Origin: an uncultured bacterium
GTDB lineage: Bacteria > Armatimonadota > UBA5829
Length of the DNA stretch: 64,000 nt
Assembly: GCA_938074205.1 (NCBI GenBank)
Contig: CALJES010000012.1
Span: 342,840 to 406,839, forward strand
Direction of reading: 5' to 3'
The notes below the pieces were generated by a model. The model ran no database searches and was not told the DNA's origin. It saw only the letters and a list, made by a program, of their open reading frames with translations. The position numbers and the translations under genes were made by a program. Within the stretch, counting starts at the first letter, position 1, and every line of letters begins with the position of its first letter. Below are positions 1 through 10,613 of the stretch, one piece after another.

Positions 1-146
1 TGACAAAAGGGTTGCGGGCGTCGGGATTCTAAAATGGGATAATCCGAAACCGCACGTTCGAGTCGAGAGTTTTGACTTCATATCTGATCTTTCCGAAGCT
101 TGTCCTTTTCTTCTAGCGGTGACTGCGGAGGTTTAGGTTGCATCCG

Positions 147-1691
147 CTAGCGCCGGGAATCTTTGGGCGATTTGTGTGTAGATCGCTCAGGATGTGGTAC
201 GACTTCCTTTTCCAGCGGGAATTTCAGATCCTTGGGTGTTAGTTTTTCTGTTGCTTTGGTCCAGTCGCTCATTGTCTTGCCTATTCTTTCGGCAAGATGG
301 TCGTCGAGTCTTTTGATCTCTTTATATGCTTTTTCGGCGGCGGTTGGGTTATTTAAGTTTGCATAAGCTTGGACCATTGCAACGTACACCACAGGTGCTT
401 CGGAATTTAGCTTCTTCACAGCGTGCTCAGCGTATTCAAGTGCCTTCTTGTGGTTCCCGAACCGAATGTAGGTTACAGCCAAACGCACCCACGGGTCTCG
501 GAATTCTGGCCACAATTTTACTGCCTTGTCGAACTGCCTTATTGCCGTGGCGTAATTGCCTTCCTGGTCATAAGTGGCGCCGATACCGCTTGTGGGCCTG
601 GCAAGCTGCTTGCGTTTTTCTTCTTTTGCTAGTTTTGCCTCGCGTACAAGTGTTTCAAACCGGCGATAATACTTTCTCGCAAGAGAGGGTTTCTCAGAAA
701 CGTAGTAAATATCAGCTATGTCAAGGATCAGACCCGCGCTGGCGTATTTGCTTGCCGGCACAAGCGCTTCAAGCTCTCGGACAGTACGCGCCATCTTGCC
801 AAGTTCGTAATCGCGTTGGGCGTTGATCAGTCGACCGTAGTAGTCGCTTTTTAAAAACACAAACAAGTAAACTCCGAACGCTAGTGTTCCAACTAGAGCG
901 GCCGACGATGCTGCTCGGACTGTAGTGCCGCTTTGCCAGCCGAGTGTGCGTCCGAGGTCTCGGAGTCCGATGTATAAGCCAAAAGCCGCGGCAGCCAACC
1001 ACGGCGTGCCGTCTGATGCAGCCACCTGTTGCGCTACGGACGCTATTCCCGGCAGCGCGTCGGCGAAAAGTTTCAGACGGGAATTTCCATAGGTTATGCC
1101 GAATGCTATGGTTCCCGCAAAGTAGACTACCACATATGTCATGATCCCGCGCGCTATCGGCGCACGAGTTGCTACGTTGATTCCTATGCCGATCAGCACA
1201 ACATAGGCGATTTGAAGAACTGCAGAAACAGCGTCTGTGAACTGCGACACGGTTTTGGCAGAATCGCTGGAGAGAGAAGGTACCAGTCCTAAAATTGACG
1301 CCACTGCTACTAGTGTTAAGGATATCTGAGCCCAGCCCATTATCGTGACCAGGCGGTCGAACTCTATCTCCGTGCCGATCCACTTTAAAAGCTTTTGTGT
1401 TGCCCACGCATATAGCAGGAAAAGTCCAAACCACGTTATCGGGTTATACTTTCCTGCCGCAAAATAATGAAGAGGACCTAGCACCGAAGCTGCCAGACAA
1501 GCCCTAATGCAGAACAACGCTCCTGCTGATGCGACAAAAACAAGTCCAGTGCCCACAAGCCGTCTTGAAAGTATCTCTTCATACGCAGCCCTTGGCGAGG
1601 TAAAAAGCGCAAGGGCTAGTTTCGCACGGGTGTGATAGCTGCTCTGATCGTTTGGTTGAGGCGAATAGTTGTGTGCGGTATTCCTACTCAT
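147..1691 (-). CDS. Multi-pass membrane protein (YIP1-like N-terminus) with C-terminal TPR repeats
   Basis: About 8 hydrophobic segments, then TPR-like repeats ([28 protein letters not shown]). Start overlaps the aroF stop (ATGA). Confidence 0.75.
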   Translation of the reverse strand: MSRNTAHNYSPQPNDQSSYHTRAKLALALFTSPRAAYEEILSRRLVGTGLVFVASAGALFCIRACLAASVLGPLHYFAAGKYNPITWFGLFLLYAWATQKLLKWIGTEIEFDRLVTIMGWAQISLTLVAVASILGLVPSLSSDSAKTVSQFTDAVSAVLQIAYVVLIGIGINVATRAPIARGIMTYVVVYFAGTIAFGITYGNSRLKLFADALPGIASVAQQVAASDGTPWLAAAAFGLYIGLRDLGRTLGWQSGTTVRAASSAALVGTLAFGVYLFVFLKSDYYGRLINAQRDYELGKMARTVRELEALVPASKYASAGLILDIADIYYVSEKPSLARKYYRRFETLVREAKLAKEEKRKQLARPTSGIGATYDQEGNYATAIRQFDKAVKLWPEFRDPWVRLAVTYIRFGNHKKALEYAEHAVKKLNSEAPVVYVAMVQAYANLNNPTAAEKAYKEIKRLDDHLAERIGKTMSDWTKATEKLTPKDLKFPLEKEVVPHPERSTHKSPKDSRR

Positions 1692-2710
1692 ATTTCCCTT
1701 TCTACAGCTTGTGCAACTCGTTTAAGCTCTTCCATCAGATGAGCAAACTTGTCTGGCTTCAACGACTGGGGGCCGTCGCTGAGGGCTCGCTGCGGGTCGT
1801 TGTGAACCTCTATGAGCAGCCCGTCAGCCCCGGCAGCTACGGCAGCTCTGGCTACTGGTCCTACGTACTGCCAGTTTCCAGTCGAATGCGACGGGTCGAC
1901 CATTACCGGCAGATGCGTCCAGTGCTTGAGAACTGGTACGGCATTGATGTCAGTTGTGTGTCGGGTAGAGTCCTCAAAAGTGATTATCCCACGTTCACAC
2001 AGGATTACCTGATGGTTGCCTTCGGATATGATATACTCAGCCGACATCAGAAGGTCTCGGATCCTGGAACCCAAGCCTCTTTTCAGCAGCACCGGGTAAC
2101 CGGTTGAGCCAACCTTCTTGAGCAGAGGATAGTTCTGCATGTTTCGCGTGCCTATCTGTAGAACGTCTGCATACTTACAGACCAGATCGACGTCGTCGGT
2201 GTCCATAACCTCTGTGACTACAGGTAGTCCGGTTTCTTCACGTGCCTTTGCCAGTATTCTCAGACCTTCTTCTCCTAATCCTTGGAAGCTATAGGGAGAA
2301 GTCCTCGGCTTAAATGCGCCGCCACGCAGCATTCTTGCACCTGCCGCCTTGACTTGATGGGCTATTTCAACAGTCTGCGCCTCATTCTCCACGCTGCACG
2401 GCCCTGCAGCTACCACAACTTGTTTTCCGCCTATTTCTAAGTTGCCAACTCTTACTATGCTATCTTCCGGATGGTATGTTCGGGAGGCTAATTTCCAAAG
2501 GTCTGATATTAATTCAACCCGCACCACGCCCGGCATAGACTGAAAGTGCTCGACGAGATCAGCCTTTCGGACGTCCAGTTCGCCCAGAACCGCAATCACC
2601 TTGCGTTCCACGCCCGGGTTCATAAACGGACGAAAGCCAATTTTGGCAACTTCTTCCGTAACGGCGTTTATTTCCTCCTCAGTTGCCTGAGGATGCATTA
2701 TGATTATCAA
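1688..2710 (-). CDS. aroF: 3-deoxy-7-phosphoheptulonate (DAHP) synthase, type Ib with N-terminal ferredoxin-like regulatory domain
   Basis: Motifs [40 protein letters not shown] upstream of a TTG start. Confidence 0.95.
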   Translation of the reverse strand: MIIIMHPQATEEEINAVTEEVAKIGFRPFMNPGVERKVIAVLGELDVRKADLVEHFQSMPGVVRVELISDLWKLASRTYHPEDSIVRVGNLEIGGKQVVVAAGPCSVENEAQTVEIAHQVKAAGARMLRGGAFKPRTSPYSFQGLGEEGLRILAKAREETGLPVVTEVMDTDDVDLVCKYADVLQIGTRNMQNYPLLKKVGSTGYPVLLKRGLGSRIRDLLMSAEYIISEGNHQVILCERGIITFEDSTRHTTDINAVPVLKHWTHLPVMVDPSHSTGNWQYVGPVARAAVAAGADGLLIEVHNDPQRALSDGPQSLKPDKFAHLMEELKRVAQAVEREI

Positions 2711-2889
2711 CTCCGACCTCCATATACGGCGTACATAAAAGTATAGCTTAAGCTTGGCTCCAAATCTACCGTTTCAGCCGATACTGCGGTTTCTGCGGTT
2801 TTACGGCAGCCCTCGGCAACGAAAGTTTCGTCTGATAAACTCGGTGGCAAGTGCAGCTTTCCTCGTAAAGTGATTGCTCCGCAGATAGC

Positions 2890-2953
2890 AAAAGGCGCCG
2901 AATGTCGACAGCTGCAGCGTCAACAGGGACCATAGCTCGACACGCGGCGCCTT
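2890..2953 (-). terminator. Long GC-rich hairpin with short T-tract; likely terminator of the MerR two-gene operon
   Basis: Arms AAGGCGCCG/CGGCGCCTT plus inner TGTCGA/TCGACA; TTTT at the stem base on the minus strand. Confidence 0.55.
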
Positions 2954-2991
2954 GGCTAGCTTGGTGGTGTGCTAAGTTATGTAGCTTTGCG

Positions 2992-3825
2992 TTACTTGCC
3001 GTTCTTTCTCTTCTTCGCGATCAGGACGTTACACATAAGGGCAGCACTCTTGTGCGCTGCCTCTAACTCGCCGGTAGTCAAGTCCGCATATTCGTATGTC
3101 AAAGCTTCAGCTACCATTGGCGCCTCTACTTCTTGGGCATACGTTTTCCAACTCGACTTGTGCCTCTGAGTTCGCATCTCAGCACGTTGTAGATAATAGT
3201 GGGAGATCATGTGAAACACCTCTCCCTCTCCGTACTGAAATGTGATCGCAACCGGTGCTTCACCGTACCGTTGCTCCAGTTCTCGGCTTGTCAGGAGTAC
3301 GCGGACCCTTTCGTTGTCGAGGATTTTTATCGGGTAACTGCTTCCCTCCAGCCACCAGAGCGGGTCGGCGCCCTCGTGGAACACGTTCTTGAGGTATGGA
3401 CTGTCGCTGTCTTTGATCTCGATCCTAACCACCTCGTCGGCTGTGGGGCGCTCGTTGTAAGCCACAAAACCTGGAAACGCCTGTTCCAGCACGTATCTCA
3501 GAGCCCAGTCGGTCGTCATTAGCGAACCTCCTGATTCGACGAACCTTCTCACGTTTGTAATGGCTCGTCGACTGAGATGCCCTGGGCAGTTGATAACCAA
3601 CGTTTGGTGGCGGGACAAGCGCTCCGAATCCAAGACACTTGCGTCGACTAACTCAAACGGTATCTCGAGGATCTTTAGGACATCCTCAACTCTGTCGTAG
3701 CAGCCGCGGACAACAACCACGTCCGATCGGTCTATGCTCTCGTGAATGCGTCTGTCTTCTTCCGACATCCTCTCATCAAGGATCATTTTCGCGGCTGAAT
3801 AGGCTCGATGCATCCGGTCTGTCAT
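2992..3825 (-). CDS. Conserved hypothetical protein, class I glutamine amidotransferase-like (DUF4159-like) fold
   Basis: VINCPG and RRFVESGGSLMTTDWA pattern. AAGGAGG SD supports ATG at 3825 rather than 3873. Confidence 0.65.
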   Translation of the reverse strand: MTDRMHRAYSAAKMILDERMSEEDRRIHESIDRSDVVVVRGCYDRVEDVLKILEIPFELVDASVLDSERLSRHQTLVINCPGHLSRRAITNVRRFVESGGSLMTTDWALRYVLEQAFPGFVAYNERPTADEVVRIEIKDSDSPYLKNVFHEGADPLWWLEGSSYPIKILDNERVRVLLTSRELEQRYGEAPVAITFQYGEGEVFHMISHYYLQRAEMRTQRHKSSWKTYAQEVEAPMVAEALTYEYADLTTGELEAAHKSAALMCNVLIAKKRKNGK

Positions 3826-3869
3826 TTTGATGACCTCCTTGGTTGTGTTGTTCGTTGCGTTCTGCAAGG

Positions 3870-4454
3870 TCAATAGCCGGTCTTCGAAAACAGTTGAGCA
3901 GCAAACCTCACCAGTGCCTGCAAGGCTTCGTTTCGCTTAGGATCGGGCTGGATTTCGTAGAGCAGCTCAACGCCCGGCGCCAGTATGATTTTGCGCCACA
4001 TTTTCTCCGGCGGCGGTGTCAAGGGCGCATCTGCCCGTCCTAGCGCCGGGAGAGCTTCTCGAAGAAGCACCGGCTCGCGGGGGGCTGCTCTATCATGCAT
4101 CACCGGCTCCTTGTCACAAGGCGCCAAAACGGCTGCCAAGAGTTCTCTCGGGCCGATTGGTCGGCGTGGTGTATCCTGCATTTTCATTCGGGTTCCTAGC
4201 TCCACAAGTTCCTGCATTTCTGCGAGTGAAAGTGAATCGAGCTGTGCTCGGATCTTCTTGAGAGGCACGTCCTCCTCTTGCAGAAGCTTAATCAACCTTA
4301 TTCGCAGGAAATGCTCGTATCCGTAGAGCCGCTCCTTGCCGGCTACGACCCCGGGCGGCAGCAGTCCTTGTTCGACATAGTAGCGTATTGTTCGCTGAGT
4401 CACCCCCGTTCTTTTAGCTAGTTCGCTTATCGTAACTTGCTCATTCATGTCCAT
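3870..4454 (-). CDS. MerR-family transcriptional regulator
   Basis: N-terminal MerR HTH: TISELAKRTGVTQRTIRYYVEQGLL. Confidence 0.9.
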   Translation of the reverse strand: MDMNEQVTISELAKRTGVTQRTIRYYVEQGLLPPGVVAGKERLYGYEHFLRIRLIKLLQEEDVPLKKIRAQLDSLSLAEMQELVELGTRMKMQDTPRRPIGPRELLAAVLAPCDKEPVMHDRAAPREPVLLREALPALGRADAPLTPPPEKMWRKIILAPGVELLYEIQPDPKRNEALQALVRFAAQLFSKTGY

Positions 4455-4470
4455 AATAGATCCTTTGAAA

Positions 4471-4524
4471 GCTGTCAGTATTACGTATCACTGTCAATAT
4501 ACCACAATTACGTAATGCTGTCAA
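4471..4524 (-). promoter_or_regulatory. sigma70 promoter of the MerR operon overlapped by two 18-bp direct repeats
   Basis: Minus strand TTGACA-17 bp-TATATT with extended TG. Repeats TTGACAG-N3-TACGTAAT at 4480-4497 and 4507-4524. Confidence 0.75.
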
Positions 4525-4667
4525 GTCCTCTTTCTATTTTTTCGAGCAAATTTTTTGGCGTGCTGTGGTTTTGAGTCTGTACGGCTGTGAGGGTCTGATC
4601 GCTAAACTGACTGCGTCCGTATACAAACGTTCGTTGTTGCAACAGGGGAGTCAGACAATAATGTGCC

Positions 4668-6893
4668 CTACGGGTAAGAAGTTTTCTCAAACCTGTAGAT
4701 CACGTAACCACCCCACCGGGCAACCTGTTTCCTGACCTGAGGCAGTTCCTTAGACCTCAACGTGTGAGTGACAACTAGGAACGACTTTGGTTGCCGTGAA
4801 CTGCTTGTTATCTCCCGCAGGGTTTTCACCGGTACGATTGGCCTTTGTGAATAGAAGGGCAAGGAGGCAAAAGACGATGGCAGCAAATAGCTGAACACAG
4901 GTTCGTCTGAGCGCGCGGTCTTCGTTATTTGTCTGGCGATCTGAACAGCTGGTTCACCCATACTGGTAGCTGCAATGGGCAGTCCGAGCGCTACGGCAGC
5001 GAGCAGAAATCCTGTGACTCCCAACAGAAGCGCTGCTATCGCCTGTATTACGTGGTAACCACGTATTGCTAGATAGTGTACTACCATTCCGGCTATGAGC
5101 GAGACCGCCATAGGAACGAGTGCCGTTTCAAGCCTAGGAATCGGTCTAGGGAGAAACCTGATCCCTGAAATTATTGCGCATCCAATCACGCATGCTAACA
5201 GTAAAGCAGCCAAGCTATAACGCCGCATCGACGAGCACATTGTGTCACCTTTGTTTGCTTCGATAGACTCTGTGAATAACCGTCCCACCAGCAGTGCCGA
5301 CGGAGGAAACGCTGGATAAATATAAGCAGGCAACTTGGATCGCAGCAGTGAATACACACCTATGATAGTAACTATCCAAACAGCAGCAAAAAGCATTGCT
5401 TCGTCAACGGCATTCTGAGGCCTTCTCGTTACGTATCGACTCCAGGCAAGCGGTAAGAACACACTCCAAGGAAAGAAACCGATCAGGTATATAGGTAGGT
5501 AGAAGTAAAAAGGCATGTTGTGGTGGAAGTCTTGCCCCAATGCCCGCTGCAGGTTCTGATGGATGATAAATTCGCGCAGAAACGCGCCCTGAGTTTTGAG
5601 TTGTACAATTGAGTACCATGGGAGTGCAACTGCAAGACAAATCAGCACACTGAGAGCAAATAGTCGCAGGTTCGCAGTAGTGTTATTGTCCGAGTACTTA
5701 CTGGTTCTGGTGATGGCCATGTAAATAGCAATTGTGAGCGCTATGAGAATCACACCAGCAGGACCCTTCACCAGCATACTCAGCCCTGCACTTGCTCCAG
5801 CAACTAAGTAGCTCCACTGCGGGAGTTTATTGAGCTTTGCGAGAAGATACGCGCCAAGCGCGGCGGTCAGGGTAAGCGCGAACAGCATGTCGAGAATCGC
5901 CAGGCGTGCTAGTCCTACTGTCATTAGCGATGTTGCCAGAACAACAGCGCTCATCCAGCCAACTTTGGCTCCTTGCAGTTTTGCAGCCAGGAAATAAACA
6001 AGTGCGGTCAATGTGCATGCCGCCAAACACGAAGGCAGCCGGACAGCAAACGAGTTAGTGCCAAATGCCCGGATGGAAATCGCCATCAACCAATAGGCGA
6101 GAGGGGGCTTGTCGAAGAAAGGCCTGCCATTTACAGTGGGCACTATCCAACTTCCCCCAGCAGCCATTTCCCGGGCGCACTCCGAATACAATCCTTCGTC
6201 TAAACCAATCAGCGGGACAGCACCCAGCCTCCAGCAGAATAAAACAAAGCACATCAACGCCAGGACAACGTATGCTGCGTGCTGAAGCGGCAATCTCGCG
6301 AGGGCTTGCGTAGTTCTGAGCCCCGCAGCAGAGTAATCAGGGTGAGAACGGAGGTTGTCGGCTGAATGTTCCGGCGGTCTGAAAAGCGCTGCACAGCAGG
6401 AGCCTATGATAAATCCAAGAGCTGCTCCGCCGATAACATCAGTCGGGTAATGTGCGCCCACGTATATGCGGGAAATAGCTGTTAATAGGGCAAGTGGAAA
6501 TAGAACAATTCGTAACTTTGGCAGGAAGATACCCAAAGCAACTGCCACAGCAATGGAATTTGCTGTGTGTCCTGATGGAAAACTGTTCCAGAACAGTGCC
6601 TTCCCGACTGCTCGAGCTTCGAAAATTGTTGCCAATGGCCTAGGGCGGCTCCATAGATGTTTGACTATCTGTGTCATTATCACAGAGCCTGTACAAGCTG
6701 CAACAGCTGCGTAGGCGGCTGTCCTGATGTTGTGCTTGTCGAGTATCCAGCCGTAGAGCAAAACGGTGAAACACACGGCAGCTTGTGCAGCCCCGGTGCC
6801 CAGAACGCTTGCTGCAAACATTACGTGGTCAAGCCAAGGGTTTGCGAGTTGCAAGTTGATCAGCTTGAAAAGCGATACGTCGAATTGGTGCAT
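4668..6893 (-). CDS. Fusion of PAP2-family phosphatase and ArnT/PMT (GT83/GT39-like) glycosyltransferase
   Basis: PAP2 motifs KHLWSRPRP, SFPSGH, SRIYVGAHYPTD. ArnT-like motifs DEGLY..AREM, FDKPPL, KGP. Many TM helices. Confidence 0.88.
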   Translation of the reverse strand: MHQFDVSLFKLINLQLANPWLDHVMFAASVLGTGAAQAAVCFTVLLYGWILDKHNIRTAAYAAVAACTGSVIMTQIVKHLWSRPRPLATIFEARAVGKALFWNSFPSGHTANSIAVAVALGIFLPKLRIVLFPLALLTAISRIYVGAHYPTDVIGGAALGFIIGSCCAALFRPPEHSADNLRSHPDYSAAGLRTTQALARLPLQHAAYVVLALMCFVLFCWRLGAVPLIGLDEGLYSECAREMAAGGSWIVPTVNGRPFFDKPPLAYWLMAISIRAFGTNSFAVRLPSCLAACTLTALVYFLAAKLQGAKVGWMSAVVLATSLMTVGLARLAILDMLFALTLTAALGAYLLAKLNKLPQWSYLVAGASAGLSMLVKGPAGVILIALTIAIYMAITRTSKYSDNNTTANLRLFALSVLICLAVALPWYSIVQLKTQGAFLREFIIHQNLQRALGQDFHHNMPFYFYLPIYLIGFFPWSVFLPLAWSRYVTRRPQNAVDEAMLFAAVWIVTIIGVYSLLRSKLPAYIYPAFPPSALLVGRLFTESIEANKGDTMCSSMRRYSLAALLLACVIGCAIISGIRFLPRPIPRLETALVPMAVSLIAGMVVHYLAIRGYHVIQAIAALLLGVTGFLLAAVALGLPIAATSMGEPAVQIARQITKTARSDEPVFSYLLPSSFASLPFYSQRPIVPVKTLREITSSSRQPKSFLVVTHTLRSKELPQVRKQVARWGGYVIYRFEKTSYP

Positions 6894-6984
6894 TGCGTTT
6901 GCCGACTGGCTTGTGTTTGGAAAAAATTATACAGTATTTTGTGCTATATCGGGTTTAGAGCCTGGCATCAGGAGGAACAATAGA

Positions 6985-7014
6985 CTTGACAGTATATGGC
7001 TCAAATCATAGTAT
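6985..7014 (+). promoter_or_regulatory. dnaK promoter with overlapping HAIR-like (HspR) operator
   Basis: TTGACA(6986)-17 bp-TAGTAT(7009). CTTGACA-N7-GCTCAAA resembles the HAIR consensus CTTGAGT-N7-ACTCAAG, and hspR is in the same operon. Confidence 0.7.
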
Positions 7015-7135
7015 AGTAATTAGTGATAACCCAGTCAGCTGGCAGGCTTTTTCGAATGCTATGAGCTGGCTGTGGAGTCCAACACACTGTAGTTTGGAAT
7101 TAGGAAGTTACATAGACCCACGGAGGTGAACAAAA

Positions 7136-8977
7136 TTGGGTAAGACAGTCGGTATAGACCTCGGAACCACTAACAGCGTTATCGCCGTGATGGAAGGTGG
7201 GGAACCGGTAGTTATCCCTAACGCGGAAGGTGGCCGGACTACGCCCTCGGTGGTAGCTTTCACGAAAACCGGGGAACGGCTTGTAGGTATCACTGCCAAA
7301 CGGCAGGCTATTCTGAACCCTGAGCGCACAATAATGTCTATTAAGCGCTACATGGGTACTGATCACAAGATAAAGATAGACGACAAGGTCTATACGCCCG
7401 AAGAAATTTCTGCAATGATTCTGCAGAAACTCAAGGCTGATGCTGAGGCTTACCTTGGTGAGCCTGTCACGGAAGCGGTGATCACTGTTCCGGCGTATTT
7501 CAACGACATGCAGAGAACGGCCACCAAAAACGCCGGTGAGATCGCTGGTCTCAAGGTGCTTCGCATAATCAACGAGCCGACTGCTGCATCTCTAGCGTAC
7601 GGCTTGGACAAGAAAGGAAACGAAACCATTTTGGTTTGGGACCTGGGTGGAGGAACCTTTGACGTGTCGATTCTCGAAGTTGGCGACGGTGTCTTCGAGG
7701 TGAAAGCCACCTCGGGTGACACACATCTCGGCGGAGACGACTGGGATCAGCGAATAGTCGATTGGATCTGCGACGAGTTCAAAGCTCAGCAGGGTATAGA
7801 CTTGCGCAATGATCGCCAGGCTCTGCAGAGAGTCCGAGAGGCCGCTGAGAAGGCTAAGATAGAGCTTTCGTCAATGGTGCAGACAAATATAAACCTGCCA
7901 TACATCACGGCTGACGCGTCTGGGCCTAAGCACCTGGATATGACCTTGACCCGTGCCAAGTTCGAAGATCTGACTCGCGATCTTCTGGAGCGCTGCGTCC
8001 CGCCATTCAGGAGAGCAATAGAGGACGCCAAGATCTCCGAAAGCGATATTGATGAGATCATTCTTGTTGGTGGCGCGACGAGGATGCCTATGGTTCAAGA
8101 CCTCGTCAGGAAGTTGGCAGGCGGAAAAGAGCCGAACAAGGGAGTCAATCCGGACGAGGTTGTAGCCATAGGCGCGGCGATCCAGGCTGGCGTACTCGCT
8201 GGTGAAGTTAAGGATGTAGTGCTCCTCGATGTTACGCCGCTGACGCTTGGCGTAGAGACTTTGGGCGGAATCACGGACAAGATCATTCCCAGAAATACAA
8301 CTATTCCGACCCGGAAGAGCAAAATATACACCACAGCGGCTGACGGCCAGACGGAGGTTGAGATCAACGTCCTCCAGGGCGAAGCAGAGATGGCTCAATA
8401 CAACCAGAGCCTGGGTCGATTTCATCTAACAGGTATTCCGCCAGCGCCCAGGGGCGTGCCTCAAATCGAAGTCACTTTCGACATTGACGCAAACGGCATA
8501 GTCAACGTTTCGGCGAAGGATCTGGCAACTGGCAAGCAACAGTCGATCACCATTACGGGTTCGACCAGGTTGTCTAAGGAAGACATTGACCGGATGATAA
8601 GACAAGCCCAAGAACACGCAGAGGAAGACAGACGGCTCAAGGAGGCTGCGGAGGCAAAGAACCGAGCGGAGCATCTAATCTACCAGACGGAGAAGATGCT
8701 CAAGGACCTTGGTGACAAGGTGCCGTCCGACGACAAGCTGCGAATCGAAAATGCAGTATCTCAGGTGAGATCTGCGATCGAATCCAACGATACGCAGCGC
8801 ATCAAGTCTACAAGCGATCAGCTTGAGCAAGAGACCTACAAGCTCGCACAACTTCTGTATGGTCAAGCGGCTCAAGCTGGTGCCGCAACCGGTCAGACTG
8901 CTGCTCCAGGCGGTGATGGCGGATCCAGGAGTGGCGATGACGATACGGTAATCGATGCAGAGTTCAAGGCCGAATAG
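7136..8977 (+). CDS. dnaK: Molecular chaperone DnaK
   Basis: [20 protein letters not shown]-terminal IDAEF. TTG start after GGAGG. Confidence 0.99.
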   Translation: MGKTVGIDLGTTNSVIAVMEGGEPVVIPNAEGGRTTPSVVAFTKTGERLVGITAKRQAILNPERTIMSIKRYMGTDHKIKIDDKVYTPEEISAMILQKLKADAEAYLGEPVTEAVITVPAYFNDMQRTATKNAGEIAGLKVLRIINEPTAASLAYGLDKKGNETILVWDLGGGTFDVSILEVGDGVFEVKATSGDTHLGGDDWDQRIVDWICDEFKAQQGIDLRNDRQALQRVREAAEKAKIELSSMVQTNINLPYITADASGPKHLDMTLTRAKFEDLTRDLLERCVPPFRRAIEDAKISESDIDEIILVGGATRMPMVQDLVRKLAGGKEPNKGVNPDEVVAIGAAIQAGVLAGEVKDVVLLDVTPLTLGVETLGGITDKIIPRNTTIPTRKSKIYTTAADGQTEVEINVLQGEAEMAQYNQSLGRFHLTGIPPAPRGVPQIEVTFDIDANGIVNVSAKDLATGKQQSITITGSTRLSKEDIDRMIRQAQEHAEEDRRLKEAAEAKNRAEHLIYQTEKMLKDLGDKVPSDDKLRIENAVSQVRSAIESNDTQRIKSTSDQLEQETYKLAQLLYGQAAQAGAATGQTAAPGGDGGSRSGDDDTVIDAEFKAE

Positions 8978-9017
8978 CCGTTAGACTAAAACCTGATGCG
9001 AAAGGAGGAATCTAGTC

Positions 9018-9455
9018 ATGTGGACGAGATGGGATCCATTCCGAGACCTGAGTGTATTGCAAGACAGAATAAACCGGATATTCAACGAGCACTTCGGTAG
9101 GGTCGAGGGCGAAGCTCCTGGGAAAAGGCCATGGGCGCCTCTGGTCGACATGCTAGAGACGCCGACGGATCTCGTTGTTCGAGCTGAGATCCCTGGTGTC
9201 AGGCGCGAGGACATAGACGTCGAGGTGACATCTGAGTCGCTTACCATTCGAGGAGAGCGAAAATTCGACGAGGCAAACAAAGATCAGTATCTGCGGGTCG
9301 AGCGGCCGTATGGGCCGTTCCAGAGATCGTTTTCCATCGGCGTGCCTGTGCAAGCCGACAAGGTGAAAGCCAGCTACAAAGATGGCATACTAGAGATAAC
9401 TATACCGAAAGCTGAGGAAGTTACACCGAAGAAGGTCGAAATCAAGGCTGAATAG
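9018..9455 (+). CDS. Hsp20/alpha-crystallin small heat-shock protein
   Basis: WDPFRDL N-terminus, RVERPYGPFQRSF, YKDGILEITIPK, C-terminal VEI motif. Confidence 0.95.
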   Translation: MWTRWDPFRDLSVLQDRINRIFNEHFGRVEGEAPGKRPWAPLVDMLETPTDLVVRAEIPGVRREDIDVEVTSESLTIRGERKFDEANKDQYLRVERPYGPFQRSFSIGVPVQADKVKASYKDGILEITIPKAEEVTPKKVEIKAE

Positions 9456-9562
9456 CCACGAGTTTGCGCAATGGGTGGCCGGGTGCTTGGGAGGAAGATA
9501 TATCTTACGGCATCCGGCACCCAACTTCTACGTAGTGCGTTTGATAGGGTGGTATTTTAACT

Positions 9563-10510
9563 ATGCCTACCGCTTATAAGGACTATTACAAAATACTGGG
9601 CGTTGATAGAAACGCAACCGACAAGGAAATAAAAGCCGCCTTCAGGCGCCTTGCTAGAAAGTACCATCCGGATGTTAATCCGGGAGACAAATCGGCTGAG
9701 GAGAAATTCAAGGAAATCAGTGAAGCATATGAGGTGCTCTCCGACCCGGAGAAACGCCGTAAATACGACCAGTTCGGTCAGTATTGGGAACAAGTAAGCC
9801 ACCAAGGCGCCAGTGCCGGCGGCGCGCAACAGCCTGGATGGGAGACTTTCATATTCGATTTCGGCGACTTTGTGGACCCTGGTGTTAGCAGCGAGGAGGT
9901 GGGATTCGGAACTTCAGGGTTCAGCGACTTCTTTGAGATGCTCTTCGGAACCGGACGCCCGCGCGGAGGTACTACTGGCAGCACCTCTCGCGCGGGGATG
10001 CGGGGTCGAGACGTTGAGGCAGAACTAGAAATATCTTTCGACGAGGCTTTTTCGGGTGGGAAGAAGGATTTCGTGATTAATGGCCGGCGGATAGAGCTTA
10101 CGATACCGAAAGGTGTAAAAGACGGGCAAAAGCTGCGATTGGCAAAACAAGGTGAGGAAGGTCCAGGCGGTAGGGGTGACTTGATTCTTACGGTGCGGGT
10201 CCGCCCGCATCCTATCTTCGAAAGAAAAGGAGACGACCTGTACTATGAAGTGCCGGTAGATTACGTTACGGCAATTCTTGGCGGCGAAGTGCCGGTTCCA
10301 ACTCCGACGGGCCGGGTGACAATGAAAGTACCACCTGGGACTTCGAGCGGCAGAGTGTTCAGATTGCCCGGTCAAGGAATGCCCAAGCTGAACCAGAATG
10401 CTCGTGGAGACATGTACGTAAAGGTTCAAATTCGCGTTCCGGAGTTCGTTTCTAGGCGAGAGAAAGAACTTCTTGAGGAAATAAGGCGGATTCGACAAGG
10501 GGGCACGTAA
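9563..10510 (+). CDS. dnaJ: Class B DnaJ co-chaperone (CbpA-like, no zinc finger)
   Basis: J domain with HPD, G/F region, DnaJ_C; no CxxCxGxG repeats. Confidence 0.92.
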   Translation: MPTAYKDYYKILGVDRNATDKEIKAAFRRLARKYHPDVNPGDKSAEEKFKEISEAYEVLSDPEKRRKYDQFGQYWEQVSHQGASAGGAQQPGWETFIFDFGDFVDPGVSSEEVGFGTSGFSDFFEMLFGTGRPRGGTTGSTSRAGMRGRDVEAELEISFDEAFSGGKKDFVINGRRIELTIPKGVKDGQKLRLAKQGEEGPGGRGDLILTVRVRPHPIFERKGDDLYYEVPVDYVTAILGGEVPVPTPTGRVTMKVPPGTSSGRVFRLPGQGMPKLNQNARGDMYVKVQIRVPEFVSRREKELLEEIRRIRQGGT

Positions 10511-10613
10511 CTGCCAGTGTGTGCCGGTCCCAAGGTTGAGAAGATGCATTGTTAATATTAGGGTGTCTGCTCAGCCGTGGGACTTATGCCGAAGCGAAAG
10601 CGAGGCTTGAACG

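Noticed and set aside
1..81. Possible minus-strand gene start (MKSKLSTRT...) running off the window
   Set aside because: Only 27 codons are visible, which is not enough to support a call.
2711..2889. Attenuator or T-box upstream of aroF
   Set aside because: No aromatic-rich leader peptide, T-box motif or terminator close to the gene.
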